Below the pieces are notes generated by a model. It searched no databases and was not told where the DNA came from. It saw nothing but the letters and a program-made list of their open reading frames with translations. Shown one piece after another: positions 63,315-64,000 of a stretch of 64,000 nucleotides of DNA. Origin of the DNA: Halieaceae bacterium (lineage in GTDB: Bacteria > Pseudomonadota > Gammaproteobacteria > Pseudomonadales > Halieaceae). The stretch is taken from the NCBI GenBank assembly GCA_963921335.3, contig CAWUFC020000002.1, forward strand, positions 882,120-946,119, read 5' to 3'. Numbering within the stretch: the stretch's first letter is position 1; each line of letters opens with the position of its first letter. A program made the position numbers and the translations under genes.

Positions 63315-64000
63315 ATGAACAAGGTGCTTATAGGGTTTTTCTCTATTGCTGTGCTCGTTGTAGCTGCCTACATCAATCGAGCAGATATCGCCTTGGCGGG
63401 CATCAATTTCATGATGGCGCAACGCTCCGACATCGGTCCAATCAGGAGATTCAGTGGCAAACAGGTAAAGACCCTCATAACCGCGCACCCGAAGATCGCC
63501 CCCCCAATGTTATTTTGATACTGGCCGATGACCTGGGCTGGAATGATCTGACCATCAACGGTGGCGTTGCGGGCGGTACCGTGCCTACTCCCAATATCGA
63601 CTCGATTGCGCATCAGGGTGTGAATTTTGTAAACGGTTATGCGGCCAACGCCACTTGCGCGCCGTCAAGGGCGGCCATCATGTCCGGTCGCTACGGAACC
63701 CGCTTCGGGTTCGAATTCACGCCTACACCGCCGGGCATGATGAGCATGATGTCTATGCTGAACGAACGCGACCCCTCGGCCCCACAGCCCTTCCGCAACG
63801 AATCAGCACATAGCGTGCCCTACGAAGAAATGGGTATGCCGGCATCCGAGATCAGCCTGGCCGAGCTGTTAAAAGAACAGGACTATCACAATGTCCATAT
63901 CGGCAAATGGCACATTGGCCTTGATAACGGCATGGCACCTCAGCACCAGGGTTTTGACGAGAGCCTGTTAATGTCCAGCGGTATGTATCTGCCGGAAGAT
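63315..64000 (+). CDS. sulfatase (formylglycine-dependent), frame-broken at a C7 run; 3' end outside window
   Basis: From 63506 onward (a frame open to the window edge) the sequence reads NVILILADDLGWNDL...CAPSRAAIMSGRYGTRFG (C-x-P-x-R). The ORF 63315..63518 supplies a signal-anchor MNKVLIGFFSIAVLVVAAY. The two frames join if the C7 run at 63499-63505 is C8. Confidence 0.8.

Overview
This is a 64-kb chromosomal window from a moderately GC-rich Gram-negative bacterium. Gene content suggests a marine or aquatic gammaproteobacterium, but the taxon cannot be determined here. All family calls rest on recalled motifs; no searches were run. I saw no rRNA, tRNA, CRISPR, transposase or integrase genes.

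About one third of the window is two giant minus-strand genes for repeat-rich RTX-type surface proteins, which are type I secretion (T1SS) substrates. One spans about 11.35 kb (13199->1848) and the other about 8.6 kb (33057->24476). Neither is intact as written. The first is split into 4 ORFs and the second into 3. The breaks are frameshifts at G/C homopolymers plus one in-frame TAG in each gene, and both TAGs sit in the same 9-mer, GAGGGGTAG.

Three further genes have the same kind of homopolymer frame break: the heme lipoprotein upstream of DUF1501, possibly the Rieske oxygenase, and the sulfatase. Sequence quality must therefore be checked before any of these is called a pseudogene or a phase-variable gene.

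Other content:
- A Planctomycete-type PSCyt-like heme lipoprotein plus DUF1501 pair.
- A Rieske oxygenase that looks defective.
- A Baeyer-Villiger monooxygenase (BVMO) with a membrane N-terminal extension.
- ilvD.
- A TetR-MFP-RND efflux operon.
- A higBA toxin-antitoxin pair.
- A KatG with a signal peptide.
- An AraC-associated catabolic locus (BVMO, SDR, TonB-dependent receptor, esterases, thiolases, MFS transporter).
- A TetR-associated SDR operon.
- Two GSTs and a sulfatase.

The least explained signal is a 0.7-kb non-coding gap (61928-62654). It appears to encode a ~440-nt GGA-rich structured RNA that ends in a strong intrinsic terminator. My best guess is a CsrB/RsmB-like CsrA sponge.
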